A stretch of DNA of 64,000 bases from Lingula anatina (taxonomy: Eukaryota > Animalia > Brachiopoda), in contig CM120647.1 in assembly GCA_051362555.1 (NCBI GenBank), positions 6,510,001-6,574,000 of the forward strand. The letters run 5' to 3'. Below are positions 12,278-25,885 of this stretch, piece by piece. The stretch's first letter is position 1. Each line of letters begins with the position of its first letter. A program made the position numbers and the translations under genes. The notes beneath the pieces are model-generated. The model had not been told where the DNA came from. It did no database searches and saw nothing but the letters and a program-made list of their open reading frames with translations.

Positions 12278-12763
12278 TTTCTATAAGAAAAAAAATGAAG
12301 AAAACGAATAACCATTAAAAGAGAAGATCCCGAACAACCTCGAACCCGTATTGCTGCTTCCCTTCACTTTCAAGGTCACCACTGTGTTCTTGAAATGCAT
12401 TTTGTAAAAAAAAAAAAAAAAAAAAATTGAATGGGTGAGCACCCCTAGTACGAAAATACCGAATGGGACGTCCTTTCAGACTTTTTATGACTCCATATGA
12501 ACCCTACAGGACTTAAGGAACTCTACAGATATCTTTGTCACAACATATGTACTCTGTGAGACGTCCTTTAGGACGTCCTATAGGAAACATATGTCTCATA
12601 GGATCCTAAAGAAAATATCATGCTGGAGCAAAAGGATTATTGACATTTCTTTACCTCAGCAGTAGATCCCAATGTATGCATGTAACTGAGCCTACAAAAA
12701 CCATATATAGGATTCTGGAATAAACATCTACCGTGATACTAGTAGATGTTACCTTACCACTTA

Positions 12764-12807
<44 letters not shown>

Positions 12808-14130
12808 TTTATTTCTTAAAAACCGCACTACACTACCGTCTCAGTGCTGTTTACAAATAAAATTATTAGGAATAAAATCATCAGGAAATATAATGAACAT
12901 GGCTGAACCAATGTTTTTATAAGATTGCTTAAAATTCAATGTTATTATTATATACTCGGATACTTGCTTCAAGCAGACACACCATTTAGGAGAAATAAGC
13001 ACTAGTATATACAGATGTATAGTTTTCCATCCAGATGTAGTTTCAAACGATTGCTAGATGTTAATCGAATCAAGTACTTTCTCGATGAGGAATTCTATGG
13101 GAAAATAAACGTTGATACTCAAACCATCTATCTATCTATATATATAAATATGTGTCCAGAGTGCATTTTAGTTTTCATTCTTTAATGTAGAAACTGGATT
13201 GTAATAGAAAATACATCTGATAATACTCACAGCTGGGCCTTGTGTACACCCTGTCACCTAAAAACTTCTTACACTGCAGTTTCTAAATTCTCGTGTAACA
13301 TTACAGATGTATTTTATGTCTATATATATATAAACCACACACAAAATATCCTCTACAGGGTTTGACAAAAGTTTAAGTTCGCTTCTTCGGTATTAAAGGC
13401 TTACAAGTCAAGATTACGCTATAGTTGATGCCGTTACATTTCATCCTTTTACAAATAAAATTTCTAGCTTATTACGGGAATATATGGACACTGCATGCCT
13501 TTCAATAAAATCAAAGCTCTGCGAGGAATTACAAATCTCATTGTAAGGATTTTGGGAATGTGCCAGTATGCCATCATACGAACTACAAAACATCAAACTG
13601 TGATGGCATAAAAACATCATTTATATGGTGTTGAGATTGGACCTGCCTGTAAAAACTGCTTTGTTATTTACGGCTAATGAATTATGTTCCTTTGTTGGCA
13701 AACAGCTGTCAATTTTTTTTTATTCTTGCTTTAAAGTGCCAAATGTTTTAGCGGATGTAAGAAATTAAACATTTTCATCAGTTAGTTAAGTTTTGCATAG
13801 ACGCTGGACATCAAATATTAGATTGAACATTTTGAAACTATTACAAAATCTTCAATTATGGTCAAATTGAAACTGTTTTAACAATTCATGTAATACATGT
13901 AGTTTTATGGTTTGAAAATTAGTTTCCAAAATCCGTATATTTTCATGGCTCCAGTTCTTCTTGACAAAATGGGTCCAGAATCAAAGCATAGACAAGAATG
14001 CTCGTTTGGGTGATTTTTAACCAAAATACTGTATGTCACAGAACAAAGAGGGAGGAAATTTAATTTTTGCTCTTAAATCTACGTGTTGCAACTTTTTTGT
14101 TACCTCTGTAGATGCGAATAATAAGATATA

Positions 14131-14483
14131 GTGCCGCCGGAAAGTCACCTTAATTACTCTGCGGGTCCCTGCGGGTTGTTCATACGGCCTGGCCCAGTAA
14201 CCATGGAAATAACATTGTCATTCATGCGCTGTTTGGTTTCTGTGAAACAGTGTAAAATATTATTAAAGAAATTAGACAGCTTTAATTTTGATACAAAATG
14301 TTTCTCTGTCGTTGTTTGATTTTAACTCTGTACCTATGTAGTTCAAAACGATAAAAACAGTTCATGTTTACGATCTAAACCCCAAACTTAATCAAAAGCC
14401 TTCTTCATACCTAAAAGCATCAAGGGGAATTAATTTAAGAATCTGTCTTACCATCTCTTGGGCCAACTTCACTGTTTGGCACG
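14131..14483. mobile_element. ~350-bp insertion at a TA site, specific to the upstream region of FkbM copy A
   Basis: The paralogous site at ~3235-3265 is continuous (gatgcg...ataaca-taaatcgtacata). Here it is interrupted by ta|gtgcc...ggcacg|ta with short terminal inverted similarity. Confidence 0.55.
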
Positions 14484-16636
14484 TAAATCGTACATATCTA
14501 TTTGCCCATATTATGTGCTCATTATATATGCATGAATACAGCATATATGCTGGTATGATTTTAATCATAAAAAAACATATAAACCGTCAATTCATGATTC
14601 TCCCAGGCAGAGTAGATTGGGTATCATTGGAGAATAAGAGACCATATATATATGTACATGCTGGTATAACATTTACTACGGCGAAAGCCCGGGTTCATGG
14701 GCGTAAAATATATAATTGTGCTGCTTCGTCCTTAAAAGGTATCGTGTTTTAGACACTACCAGACTCTCTGCTGGAAGAGCACTGACGATTGAGATTATAA
14801 TACCAATAGCAAATGACTTAATGTTTTAAAGAATGGAATATTCAGGTGTGCGATGCAAGAATTGCAGTTTCGCTATAGCTTTGTTGGATTCAATTATCAC
14901 TGTTGAATACACCGTGTTGTTTAAGACCAATATGCAGACGTTTCACTAAAGCATTTTTCTTGTACATGTCTCTTAAGCCCAAAGGCCTTGCGTGTCGTAT
15001 TTTATTTTAAACTTTCTTTAGCCGTTTTCAAATTTATTCAGTGTGCACTTGTTATTTCATAAATCTTCCCTGTTGTTTAACAGAATATTAATTCGTCCAA
15101 TAATGGCAAAATCTGATTTTTTATACTTTAAATAATGTTTTTTAAAGAAACATCAAAACTTTAAGAGATATTACTCAAATATCAAGGTTTTTGAAAATGC
15201 TAGCCAGTAGCCTGGTCAGTTTTTAATAGCAGATGAAGTACTGACACATTTCAGTGTAAACTCTCTCAGTGCAGATCCAGTCCTCACGAACGAAATGCAA
15301 ATCATGGTGTCGAACCGCTTGTTTTTGACTGCGAACGTCGAATGATTATTGACTCAAACCGCGATTACTTGTCGCGAACGCAAAAATATTTGTACAAACC
15401 CGCGGCCCGAGATCATAAATGACATTTATCTCTAATGAGGCCTGCAGTTTCTGACAATAAAATTATATATTTTACAGTCATGTTCAGCAAATGCGCCGCT
15501 CTACGGCATACGTTATATGGCTTAGGATTCCCGCATACAGTTCATCCATTCAGGATACAGCAGGTGCGGTTATACCATTTCGACACAGTGCGCATGCGCC
15601 AGTTATTTTTTTCTATTTTCATTGTTAAGTCGAAACCTACGACATGTAAAGTACCTGAACTAAAATCGTGTGCTAAAAAATTTGGTAATCACAGCATAAG
15701 TGTGGCTTTGAAGGGTACTCATACAATGCATATCCTTATCTCAATTTTTTTTTATCCAGAGCACATGTGCACAGCTACGCATCAACCTGACTTGAGGTGG
15801 CATCTTTTTTTTACTGTCAACAATCTTCATCACAGGGTATGGCAACATTCAGTCATAAAAGTCGCCAAAGCAAAGCAAATGATTTTGTGTAAAAATTGCG
15901 TTAAGAGGGTTCAATACAGTTTACTGGCCTACGTTTCGGAAAATAGCATTTTTTTCCCATATCTCTTGTCTGTATACGAAATGCTTATCTTAATATTCGT
16001 GAAGTAAAAAAAACGATTTTTCAAGTAAAAATGCTATTTTTGTGCTTCCATTCACGTACTGAAGCCCTCTTAGTACACGATGAAAAAATAACAATTAAAA
16101 AAAGATAGAAAGAAAGAAAGAAAAAACAACGGCAAGCAGAGCATTGAGAATTATAATCTGAACAATGTCATCCTCTGCTGGCGAATAAACGGAAGGCAAA
16201 CTGGGTGACACACTGCTCATAGTCCCTCTGTGTTGAGGAGGACTTCTTCAGGGGTTCGCAGTCGGCGAAAATACACGGTTCCATGTGGGCCAGCTGCGCG
16301 ATAGTCAGGATTTGCTCGCCAGGTAGCAGCACTGGAAGTAAAGATGATAAAGACGTGACATAGGAGTGATGGTAGTATATATCGGTATGGCATGAAGAAA
16401 TATTTGTTCATTTGCAAATCAGGACGGAATGTGAAACAAAGTGAAGAGGTGAACTAAAGCACAGTAGAGTTTCAGGGAGGCATCAGCACCTTCTATGTAT
16501 GCACCACCAGCTGGGTGTGGTCCATTTAATGGGTAACAGCACATAAAAATCGTTAAAAATTGCGATTCTAAGAAGAAACGTAAGCAAAGAGCATTTCAAA
16601 TAAGAAGCACAAATCCCCAAACACCATATCATGACC

Positions 16637-18079
16637 TCAATTCCTCACTGAGCCATTCAAGTAAATGCAACATTTCATACCATCAGTCTGAGGACATTGA
16701 TGTTCCACTTGCACAGGATTGGAAGCTAAGGCCAGCTGCCTCACTGACCCGGATACTCTCACTTTCGCTTTCGGTTTTGACACAACTGGCACAGCCACTC
16801 TCGCTCTCGCTCTCGCTTTCGGCACAGCCGACACAGAGACAGACACAGAGACGGAGCCGAGCGTCGATCTCGGAGGTACAGGGATTCTTGGAGCGTTTGG
16901 GTTCCTACATGGGGCGCCACCACATCTCCGTCTTTCCTCGCTAATCCCGGCACAACCGTCGTAGAAGAGCAAGAATGGGAAAAGTACGCAGCGCCGCTTA
17001 CGTGTCTGTTGCCCTAGGCGACCGCACGTGACTGAACATGACGACCACGAGGACCAAGGCTCCCAGTGAGGTTGGTTCGATAATCTTTCAACTGTGATTC
17101 TGCTGTTCACTGCGATACTAGTTTGTTGTCTTCGAGGCTGTGGTCGGTTAAAGCGACGTGGTAAAACTCGGGGTGGTACTGGGCTATCGCCTGAAATGTA
17201 ACCGTAGATTTATGACCTACAATATATATACCCAAAGTTATTTATATATAACATAACAATGTCTTTTCTGTATTCTACTCAACGCCAGAAGGTGGCAGGT
17301 TAGTCTGTCAACCTGATTGCATTCAGCGAGAGGCCCCGTGGAGCTAGTGGACATAACATATTGCGAGATAACTCCTGCTTAACGTCCCCTTATACATATA
17401 AGTACTGTTATGTAAACTAACAAATATTTGTAAAAGAGATCTTTACAAAATTCATTTCTCATGTGTATTCCATTAAATAGCTGAATATAATAGTATATTT
17501 TGCAACCCTATAGCCCTTACCATTGTAAATTAATTGACCGATTTAATAAGTGTTGAGTTAATATTTCAATTACAAAGACAAATACCTTAAACCCAGAATT
17601 CCTACTTACGCCCGCATAATGCGTCCACAACGACCTGCTGAATCCTGGACAAGGCAGCGAAATCATTCACAAGGAACAGGGTTTTGTCACTGGATGCAAT
17701 CAGCTGCAGCTCAGCCCTGTTGATTTTCCCTCCCACGCCCACTGCTATGACAGGTGCCACGCCTTTTGACTTGAGTGACATTGCGGCCACGCCCACGTCC
17801 ACGCCCCTAAAACCACGAAACAATGAGTATAATATTTTATTTGAAATGTTCTCTTAATTTTGTTCTCAGTCTTGTTTCCTTGCGGAATCTCTCTCACACA
17901 CGCGCGTCCGCGCGCAGCAAGCAAATTAAAGCAAAAGAGGGACTAAACATCCAGAAAAAAAAAAAAAAAAAAAAAAAAAAAAACAGAAAAGGGACTAAAC
18001 ACCGTGGAGGGAGGGATTCAGCTTCCCATCCACCCTTTTTCTTGCACTCATGATTGACGTGGCTGAAAAGTGTGTATTC

Positions 18080-18110
<31 letters not shown>

Positions 18111-18565
18111 GAGGGGGGGTCAAGCCCTCATAAGCATGCCTTTGTACCTATTGTACTTACTTGTTTGATCTCCCGTCAGTCAGAACTATTACGATCTTCT
18201 CCACATTATCCCGCGCCCCAAACCGGTGGTCAGTGAGAACAGTACCCGCCAGCTGTAAGGCTGACCCAGTGTTCGTTTTCCCGCCAAAATTCTTCATCTG
18301 GGAAATCTTTTGCAGCAGCTGCGCGGCAGACCGGAACTCATTCAGGCGGATAAGGACGACTGCTTCCGAATCAAACCGAATCAGGCCCACGTGAACAGCA
18401 CGTGACGAGATCTCGAATTTCCGGATGATGTCGGAGACGAACGATTTGGCCTTTGTGAAATCCTGAGGCTCAATGCTGCCCGAGCCATCCAGCAGGAAGA
18501 CGAGATCGGCAGGTCTTCTCCGACATTCTGAAAGATAACTTAGTCTTAAAAAGAAAAAGACTGGC

Positions 18566-18600
<35 letters not shown>

Positions 18601-18988
18601 GGAGAGAGAGAGAGATGATCGTACGCGTGGAGTGCACGCTATCCGGGATGCTGTAAAAGGCTTAGTACAATGCCTTCAATGCCAAGTATCAGAGAAGAAA
18701 AGATTGAATCGAATCACAAACTTTAACGCATAGATAACATTAGTGGCTTATAAATGTTTGTTTATGTAAGATAATGAAGAAATTAATTCAAATACTGGAT
18801 CTTACGTTTTTTTATTTAGCTAATGTTCTCAAAGACAATTTTAACACAGATTCCATTTAGGTATTATAAGCTGTACATTATCTATTATATCTCGGTGTCA
18901 ACCCTAGAGTACCTTGCACAGTGACTCCTGATACCATGTGGCCTCCGAGCAGGAGCAAAACGGTCAGTTGTAGCCGGAAAACGTCCAT
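16637..18988 (-). CDS. Secreted vWA + TSP1 protein with a basic low-complexity tail, ~397 aa; coding exons 18988-18913, 18527-18161, 17806-17610, 17190-16637
   Basis: Signal peptide MDVFRLQLTVLLLLGGHMVSG. vWA with intact MIDAS (DLVFLLDGSGS...GGKTNTG...VLTDG). TSP1 WEPWSSWSSCSVTCG...RKRRC. All introns are GT-AG and in phase; 1194 nt. Confidence 0.88.
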
Positions 18989-21686
18989 TACGACATGCCG
19001 TGCTTTAAAATCCCATACCACTCCAAGTCATCTATAAAATTGATTAAAAAAATGCTGCGATAAGATGAAACATAAATCAGCGAGGAAGGATGATGGAATA
19101 TGAATGTGGCACTTGCACAGGCAGACTCGGGATTTTTTTTCGGGGGAGGAGGAAGATGAAACAATAAAAATAAGACAAAATGGAATTAAAAAGAATTCAA
19201 TTGCTTTTCTCTGTTGATATAAAACGATAGACGAGAATATTGCAACTATAATAAGAGGGACGCGGGGGTGGGAAATAATCGTTTCCTCGTGTCACTCGTT
19301 AAACTGTTTATGCGAGAGGAAGAATTGAAAGAAAGCGTCCCTCTCAACGTCACTGGGGAGGTGGGGGAGGGTCAGGTATCCGATGTGCATTTCCCTGGAC
19401 CCATCCCTAGACACTACAGTTTTTTCCTTACAAATGTTATTTGTCCATGCCTATTTATAAATCATCATCATTATCATCATCATCATAAATAAAAACTCCG
19501 TCTGGAATAACAGTTGCTATATTTTATACACTGGTTAGATTTTGCTAACACACAAAATGAAACAAACAAATAAAAAAAGAATATCATCGTGCATACCTGT
19601 ACCAGTACTACTCTAAAAAGTATGAAATATAACATACAGAAATGTATGGATTTTTCTCAGTTTCACTGGGCCAGTTTTCAGGGTGTCATTTACCAGTATA
19701 TACCTGGCTTAGTTAAAACCGTTACAGTTTTAAGTCACGGAGACGAAGCGATATTGCTTGATGATAAACAACATAATTTTTGCATGGCGAGAGTTTTTTA
19801 CCTTGTGTGTTAAACCAAAGCAGAATAAAAGGTCACATGTACATTAACGGTACGGCTATGTCGCTGATTAGATTAGGTACAATTTAAAACCGGTCCTAAA
19901 ATAAGAATGATAATATGCCCTCGTACATACCAAGGAACAGTTAGTTAAATAATAACCCATTCTATGTTTGTATTCATTTTTATCACTTAAGTGATATTTC
20001 ATACTGTTAGCAGCAGTACATGTAGAGTACCGTAGTTTATTAAAGTCTAACATCCGAAATAAAAAAAAAATCAGGGTAATGGGAGACTGCAAAACACAGA
20101 TATGGCAATTCAGTCTACACACTAAATCAATGCTCATACATAAAAATAGGAAGTTAGGTAAAACATATGAAGGGGTGCTTGTTTAATGATCGATTTACAC
20201 TACTACGCGGTATATACTGCTACAGTAGCATTACATGTACCTTTCCTGAACATTTTATGTAATGTTTTAGCTGTGCTAACTTGTTAAAATTCATTCCAAA
20301 TTACAAATACAGCATAATAGCACAGTTTCTTTTCTTTGGAAAAGTGTATTAATTGTATGTACCAGTCGGCTCCGCCAACAGCTGCTGATTGACAAAAATA
20401 GACCTGAGACCGAAGATTTAAAATTCAGGTATACAAGTATGATATAATCTATGACATGGTCTAGCATGTAAGAGAGACAGCACCGGCATGCTGTCTACGG
20501 TTTTCAAACAAAGGGGGATTCATATATAGAAGACCAAAGGGGGCTTAATAGATGGCTTGCCATGGCCACTTCTTAATTAAATTAAAACCGATTGATCCAT
20601 CATTCAAAGAGTCGTGGAAATGTCATAAAAATTAAAATGAACCGACATTTTCTGTCTCTACATATAAATGCATGGAATTAAGACTCGATTTAAATGAAAT
20701 AAAATAAATGAATAAAAGAAACAAATAACGAGCTTGCGTCTAGGGATTGTAATTTTCTCAACGTTTTTAAGAGTACACCTTGATAGTAGGTAGAAAATTG
20801 ACGACAAATCCAGGGAAAATACCCTTTTAATATAGAAAGGTCTAACGGGCATTTAAACAGGTCACACTGCTCACAGTGGACGGCCTTGAAATTAAGTAAT
20901 ACGTCCACTACATCTTGGTTAATGATCAAGATCACGTCTTTCCTCGCGAAAAGTACTTGAAAAGTAACAGTTATTGTCACCATTAATTTATCTTTTAATA
21001 TGCATTTAAATGCATTCAATTGGATAGTTATTAAGAAAAGATGGATTTGGAAAATCTGTGTACCGCGAGTAACGTAGTAAGGTGAGTTAGTAACATATGC
21101 GTTTTTTAAATACTGGATCCATCATTCAAAGCATGATTCATTATGTAAGAACTATAGTGTTTTAACATGTAAGCCATTTGTTGATGAAAATTAAAACAAA
21201 TCACCATATAAACGTGTATACATTCTTTATTGCACTGACTAATTTAAACGTGTATCTTTCTCAATTTCACGTTACGACTTTAGGGATGCCAACTACCCGG
21301 TACGTCAGTGGACCTGAACAGGAAAGAACAGGCCATGGCATGTCGGATTCACTTTAAATCCTTTGAGATAAGCACTTCCCTTAATGATACCGTTTTGATT
21401 ATCGTGTGTAGTAATCAATCTAAGGTGTATCGCGGCATGGATTGATGTTTTCATATTTTGGACATGTAATATAATGGTGACATTGTAATGGACCCAGGTT
21501 TGTATACGTTTATAGTAAGAATGTCCTGATTCGAACATGCTAGTAAGAGAACCGAATGTATCATTTTATGTGTTTGAAACCCATAAGGTAATAGTTACTG
21601 CAATACGTGTATATACAAGTTAGGAAGTAAGTAAGTTAGTAAGTAAGTAAGTAAGTAAATAAGTTAGTAAGTAAGTGCGGTGTTAG

Positions 21687-21721
<35 letters not shown>

Positions 21722-23061
21722 ATGAATATATGCGTTTTTGTTAAGTGCAGTAAAAAAGACCCCCCCCCCCCCCCGCTGTAAATATACAATGAAATACGTT
21801 ATTCTGGCACACAGGTAGATAATTAAGACAATTAACTAAAGAAAACAATAGGAAGACTGATAAAAAGAAAACAATAAACAGCACTTGAACTAGTCAACAG
21901 TTTCAAATCTTAAAAAGATAGATGACCCGAATTCAAATTACATAAAAAAGAAACAAAGGACGCCTTCAACAAGCGACTACTTAACGGACATAAATCAATT
22001 TCTGTAGCCTTTTATTTAATTCTCTACATCTTCAAGATCACTTACCTTTGTATGGACGATTATATAATACTGCTTTTATTATAAAACTTAACAAGGGGAA
22101 CCGTTCTGCGTTATCAATTTATATCCGCTACAAAACGTGTCTTGTGTTCACTAGGGTAGCTTTGTTCCTTGTTACAGTCTTACGGTTTGGTTTAAAGGGA
22201 GGGTTGTTTAAAGCATCAAACAGAATTATTTGTCTTTTTGCTTTTTGACTGGGTTCTTGGCGTCAGTGATTTGTGTCGGCGAAATTCAAATGCCCCTTGT
22301 ATGCCTGGTTGAAAATTTTTAGAACTTGTGTATTTTGGTGCCAGAAGACATAAATGTTATTTTACATACTAAAAGTTGCAAACAATTTTAATTAGGAATT
22401 TCTCTACGTCACGGCTGTCGTAATAATAAATACATTTTACATGTTCTATTATAATGAACATTTTAAAACTTTGATTTTATAATTTGATCAACTACATTTC
22501 CTGCTTTCAATTTTAATGCATTTATTGAATATTTATCTAAATATCGTTTATACCTTTCTTAGAGTTAAAGTAAGTTTAGTACGTTTTAAATAACTTCGCT
22601 TACGGTTTCTACTCAAAAATAGCAATTACAAACAATCGAACAAAACAAATATTAAACCGTAAGTGCGTTGTGCTTTAAAATCTCATAATGCCCACGCTGC
22701 TATTTCTGGTAAGTTGATGAATTATAGCGGCCAGTATTTGAGAAATTATAATGTGAAGTCCGAGACCATTTTTACCCATCAGAAATAAAATATTGAAGAG
22801 GGGAAACATTTCAACCTTCATTTAGGAGCCAACTCGTACAAGGCAAATAGTGTCGCGATAATTCTATTCTTCTGCCTAGATATAGTTTTCATTTTAAAAT
22901 TTATCCAAGCAATTTAACCATCAGCAATTTTCCTGTCAGGTAATACCCATGTTTGTCGTGAGTCAGCTGTCTTCATTTTGTCTTAGTCAACTATTATTTT
23001 CTTAATCAAAAACCTTGCTACTGGCTATGCACTACTCGCTGTCCAAGGTGATGCGATTTTA

Positions 23062-23253
23062 GGCCCCATTCACAACAGCTGATCTGCGGAGTTGTTTTAA
23101 TTTAGGTTTAACTGCTAGGCCCTTGCAGGGATGGCGCGTGTGGTTGGGGGGGGGGGATCATTAGGGGATTAGGCAAAATTGTTTTCAAGTGGGGTCGGCC
23201 ATGTTTGATCTGCGGACTAGTTAGTCAGATGATCATCTGTTGTGAATGGGGCC
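23062..23253. mobile_element. MITE with 17-bp TIRs (PIF/Harbinger-like ends)
   Basis: ggccccattcacaacag ... ctgttgtgaatggggcc is a perfect inverted repeat; internal direct repeat tgatctgcgga. Confidence 0.75.
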
Positions 23254-24449
23254 GTTGCGACCTTATTATATGGTAAGATATGTATTACCGAGTTCCTACA
23301 TATTGAACTCCCTCGTATGGGGCGTACATGTACAAGTACCTGAAACAAATACAATCATTTGCTTTCAGCAAGGAAATTTCAACCTTTTTTTGTAAACAAT
23401 ATGTGCTGTTCAATACCTGCACTATCAGTCATCTCAACAACATGGACAAAAAGCTATCCATCTTATATACAAATATGAAATGCAAAAACGGCAAGATGAG
23501 TTATGTTTCTCGGTCTATCCGTATGTCTTGAGAACAGCAAAACAGTGACCTGCATATTCTCAGATATGACAATTATATATATATATATATACGCCTCAAA
23601 TCTGTATAAACGGTACTGTTTCAGATACAGCAAAATAAATGTAGCTTTCCGCTGCCTTTTTTCTAGGTGTCTTTTTATCGGATTTTAGATAGTTGCTTTC
23701 CTTTATCTTTTGAAGAGGAGGTCGGGTACATGAAAGGCAACGATACCCTACTGACTAAGCATAACTAAGATAAAAAAAATGATGAACTGAATTAAAAGAG
23801 AAACTGTAATCCTTATAACTGATCTGGAATGTTTCCCGGGCGATGACAAAGTCAGCGACCCTGCGTGTGCGCGCACGCACCTGTCTGTGTGTCCACTTAC
23901 ACATACGAGCTGTTTTTTTACATAGACAAAAAAAGAGCGAGCTTTCAATTAACTTACCTCTGCATTCATTTTGCAGGCCATATGCTATGGTACTTGTTGC
24001 CTATCTCACCGTCTCGTGAGAGAAGTGCATAAACATCCGTCCGAAAACGATTAACATACATTTTCTTAACAAGCTTAAGGTGTCGTCAGGAAATTTGGGA
24101 TTGTGGCATGGCTTCTAAAACGCATGTCACTATAACCTTGGACAAAAGTATTTTTTTCTGTATGGTAAGTGTATATGTACAAAGTAAAAGGAAACGGACT
24201 ACGGTTCCAAGCGGACTACCATTCTTGTCACGCGGACATACTAAGAATACATTAAAAGATACTTGCCGTTTGTGACTTGGAACCGCGGATTTGTGTTTTT
24301 TTTTGCCAATAGCTTACGGTTAACCCGGTTGGAGGGCTTCATCAGGCTGATAAAAGTATATGGAAGCATCATGAAAAAATTGCAAAAAAAAAAAAAAAAA
24401 AAAAAAAAAAATTCCGGCGAGATTCTCGCTGGACGAGAACATGTATACC

Positions 24450-24515
24450 GGGCCGTGGCGCAATGGACAACGGGTCTGCGTCAGAAGATTCCAGGTTCGA
24501 GTCCTGGCGAGCTCG
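24450..24515 (+). pseudogene. tRNA-Arg-derived pseudogene lacking the anticodon loop
   Basis: GGGCC-GTGGCGCAATGGACAACGGGTCTG[CG]TCAGAAGATTCCAGGTTCGAGTCCTGGCGAGCTCG matches the conserved metazoan tRNA-Arg(ACG) body except for the collapsed anticodon loop. A box and B box are intact, and T-runs follow immediately. Confidence 0.8.
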
Positions 24516-25343
24516 TATTTTTCTCTTTTTAAAGAATGAATGAATGAATGATAACAAAAAAGTATGTGACCCCCCTTAGAATGTGTGACCCCCCCCAAAA
24601 AAAAAAAAAAAAAAAAAGACTTTGGCCGTATATGACCCTCCACTTAATTTCAGTTACCAAGGCGATGATGAATTATAGCGAATAAAATTAAAGAAATTAA
24701 AATACGTAGTCTAGGAACAATTTCACTCAACTGATATGAAACACATTAAAAAAGTTTTCAACGTCTTCAGGGATCCAATTTGCGTACAAGAAATATTAGC
24801 ATTAATTTTCGAGTATGTATATTTGCTCTTACAGATGGTAAATTTGCTTAGCGAGGAAATAAATCACCCAAAAATGTACAAACAGCGCCTACCTCGACGA
24901 GGACATATACCTGTATTGTTTGGAGGACCAATTAATCTTTATCATTGCGAGATGAGATCATTGTGAGCCTTGAACACAGCAAAAAGGCTCATATATTTCA
25001 GTCGGCGCCACAATCATGCTGTCTGGTAATGGAAATGAGTAGTTTTTAATTCGGAAAAACTACGTATTGTTTTCAAGACTTTATCAGATAATTCTGATGA
25101 GTCAATTGGCTGGTTAATGAAACGGATTCCTGTATGATTGACTGATTGGCTTAATATATCAAAAAGCCATATTAATAAACGCACAAACGAAAAAAAAACA
25201 GGGACTAACTCCAATATTACAAACTTCTGAGTGCGGACATTGACTATGTATAATGACGAAGGCTCTCTTTTACACAAGAACTTGTATGCATTTCGCCTTT
25301 AAGGGTGGTGGTGAACGTGCCCTGTTCAGAACAGTCACCGTCA

Positions 25344-25357
25344 GCAGTGGCGTATTT

Positions 25358-25388
<31 letters not shown>

Positions 25389-25885
25389 GGGGAGGGGGGG
25401 TCAAAGGGGGGGGGGGGGGTCCTGAACCTCTCCTTCGGTTACTGAAAAAATTAAAATTTGACTAGCTGAATTATTGTTCTAAACCCTACCAAATGGCACC
25501 GTTCCTTCTCCAAAACACCAAAACGTCGTCAGTAATTAATGGTAACGGAGCGAGCGCGATGGATATAAAGAAGTCTGAGTCGCCGTCATCACTGTCATAT
25601 TCAGGGCGAAGAAGCGTGCTTGTTGACTTAAGTCGCTGTCGGAACTTTGAAACTCGGATCGAAAAAAACGCAACCTGTGTTTTGTTGAGCATGCTAAATG
25701 CAGGGGCGGAGGCATATTTGAAGGGGGGGAGTCGACCCCGACCCCCCCCTGCTGAAGGGCCCCGAAAAAAATTGGCATTTTAGAGGGCGAACGGTGCCAT
25801 TTGTTACGGTTTAGAACTATGATTCAGCTAGGCAAAATTCTTATTTCAAGAGGGGATCATACGTCGAAGGGGGGGGGGGGGGGTC
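25344..25885. mobile_element. Two partial copies of the 4180-type MITE in opposite orientations
   Basis: 25701 starts caggggcgga and contains acggtttagaac.atgatt.agctag..aaaattct.atttcaagag as in 4328-4372. The stretch 25455-25520 is the reverse complement of the same segment. Confidence 0.65.

Larger units (their letters stand above)
5320..16075. repeat. Tandem segmental duplication with a ~5.3-5.5 kb unit (about 5320-10650 and 10870-16075), plus a more diverged third copy at <1-3700
   Basis: Long collinear non-coding identity: 9410-10640 vs 14840-16070, 8100-8940 vs 13350-14640, and the shared motif cgcttcttc(a/g)gt-att..acttacaag at 2575, 8128 and 13380. Confidence 0.92.

Noticed and set aside
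15435-16007. 190-aa plus-strand ORF
   Set aside because: The paralogous segment at 9985-10590 is broken into several frames, and there is no recognisable domain.
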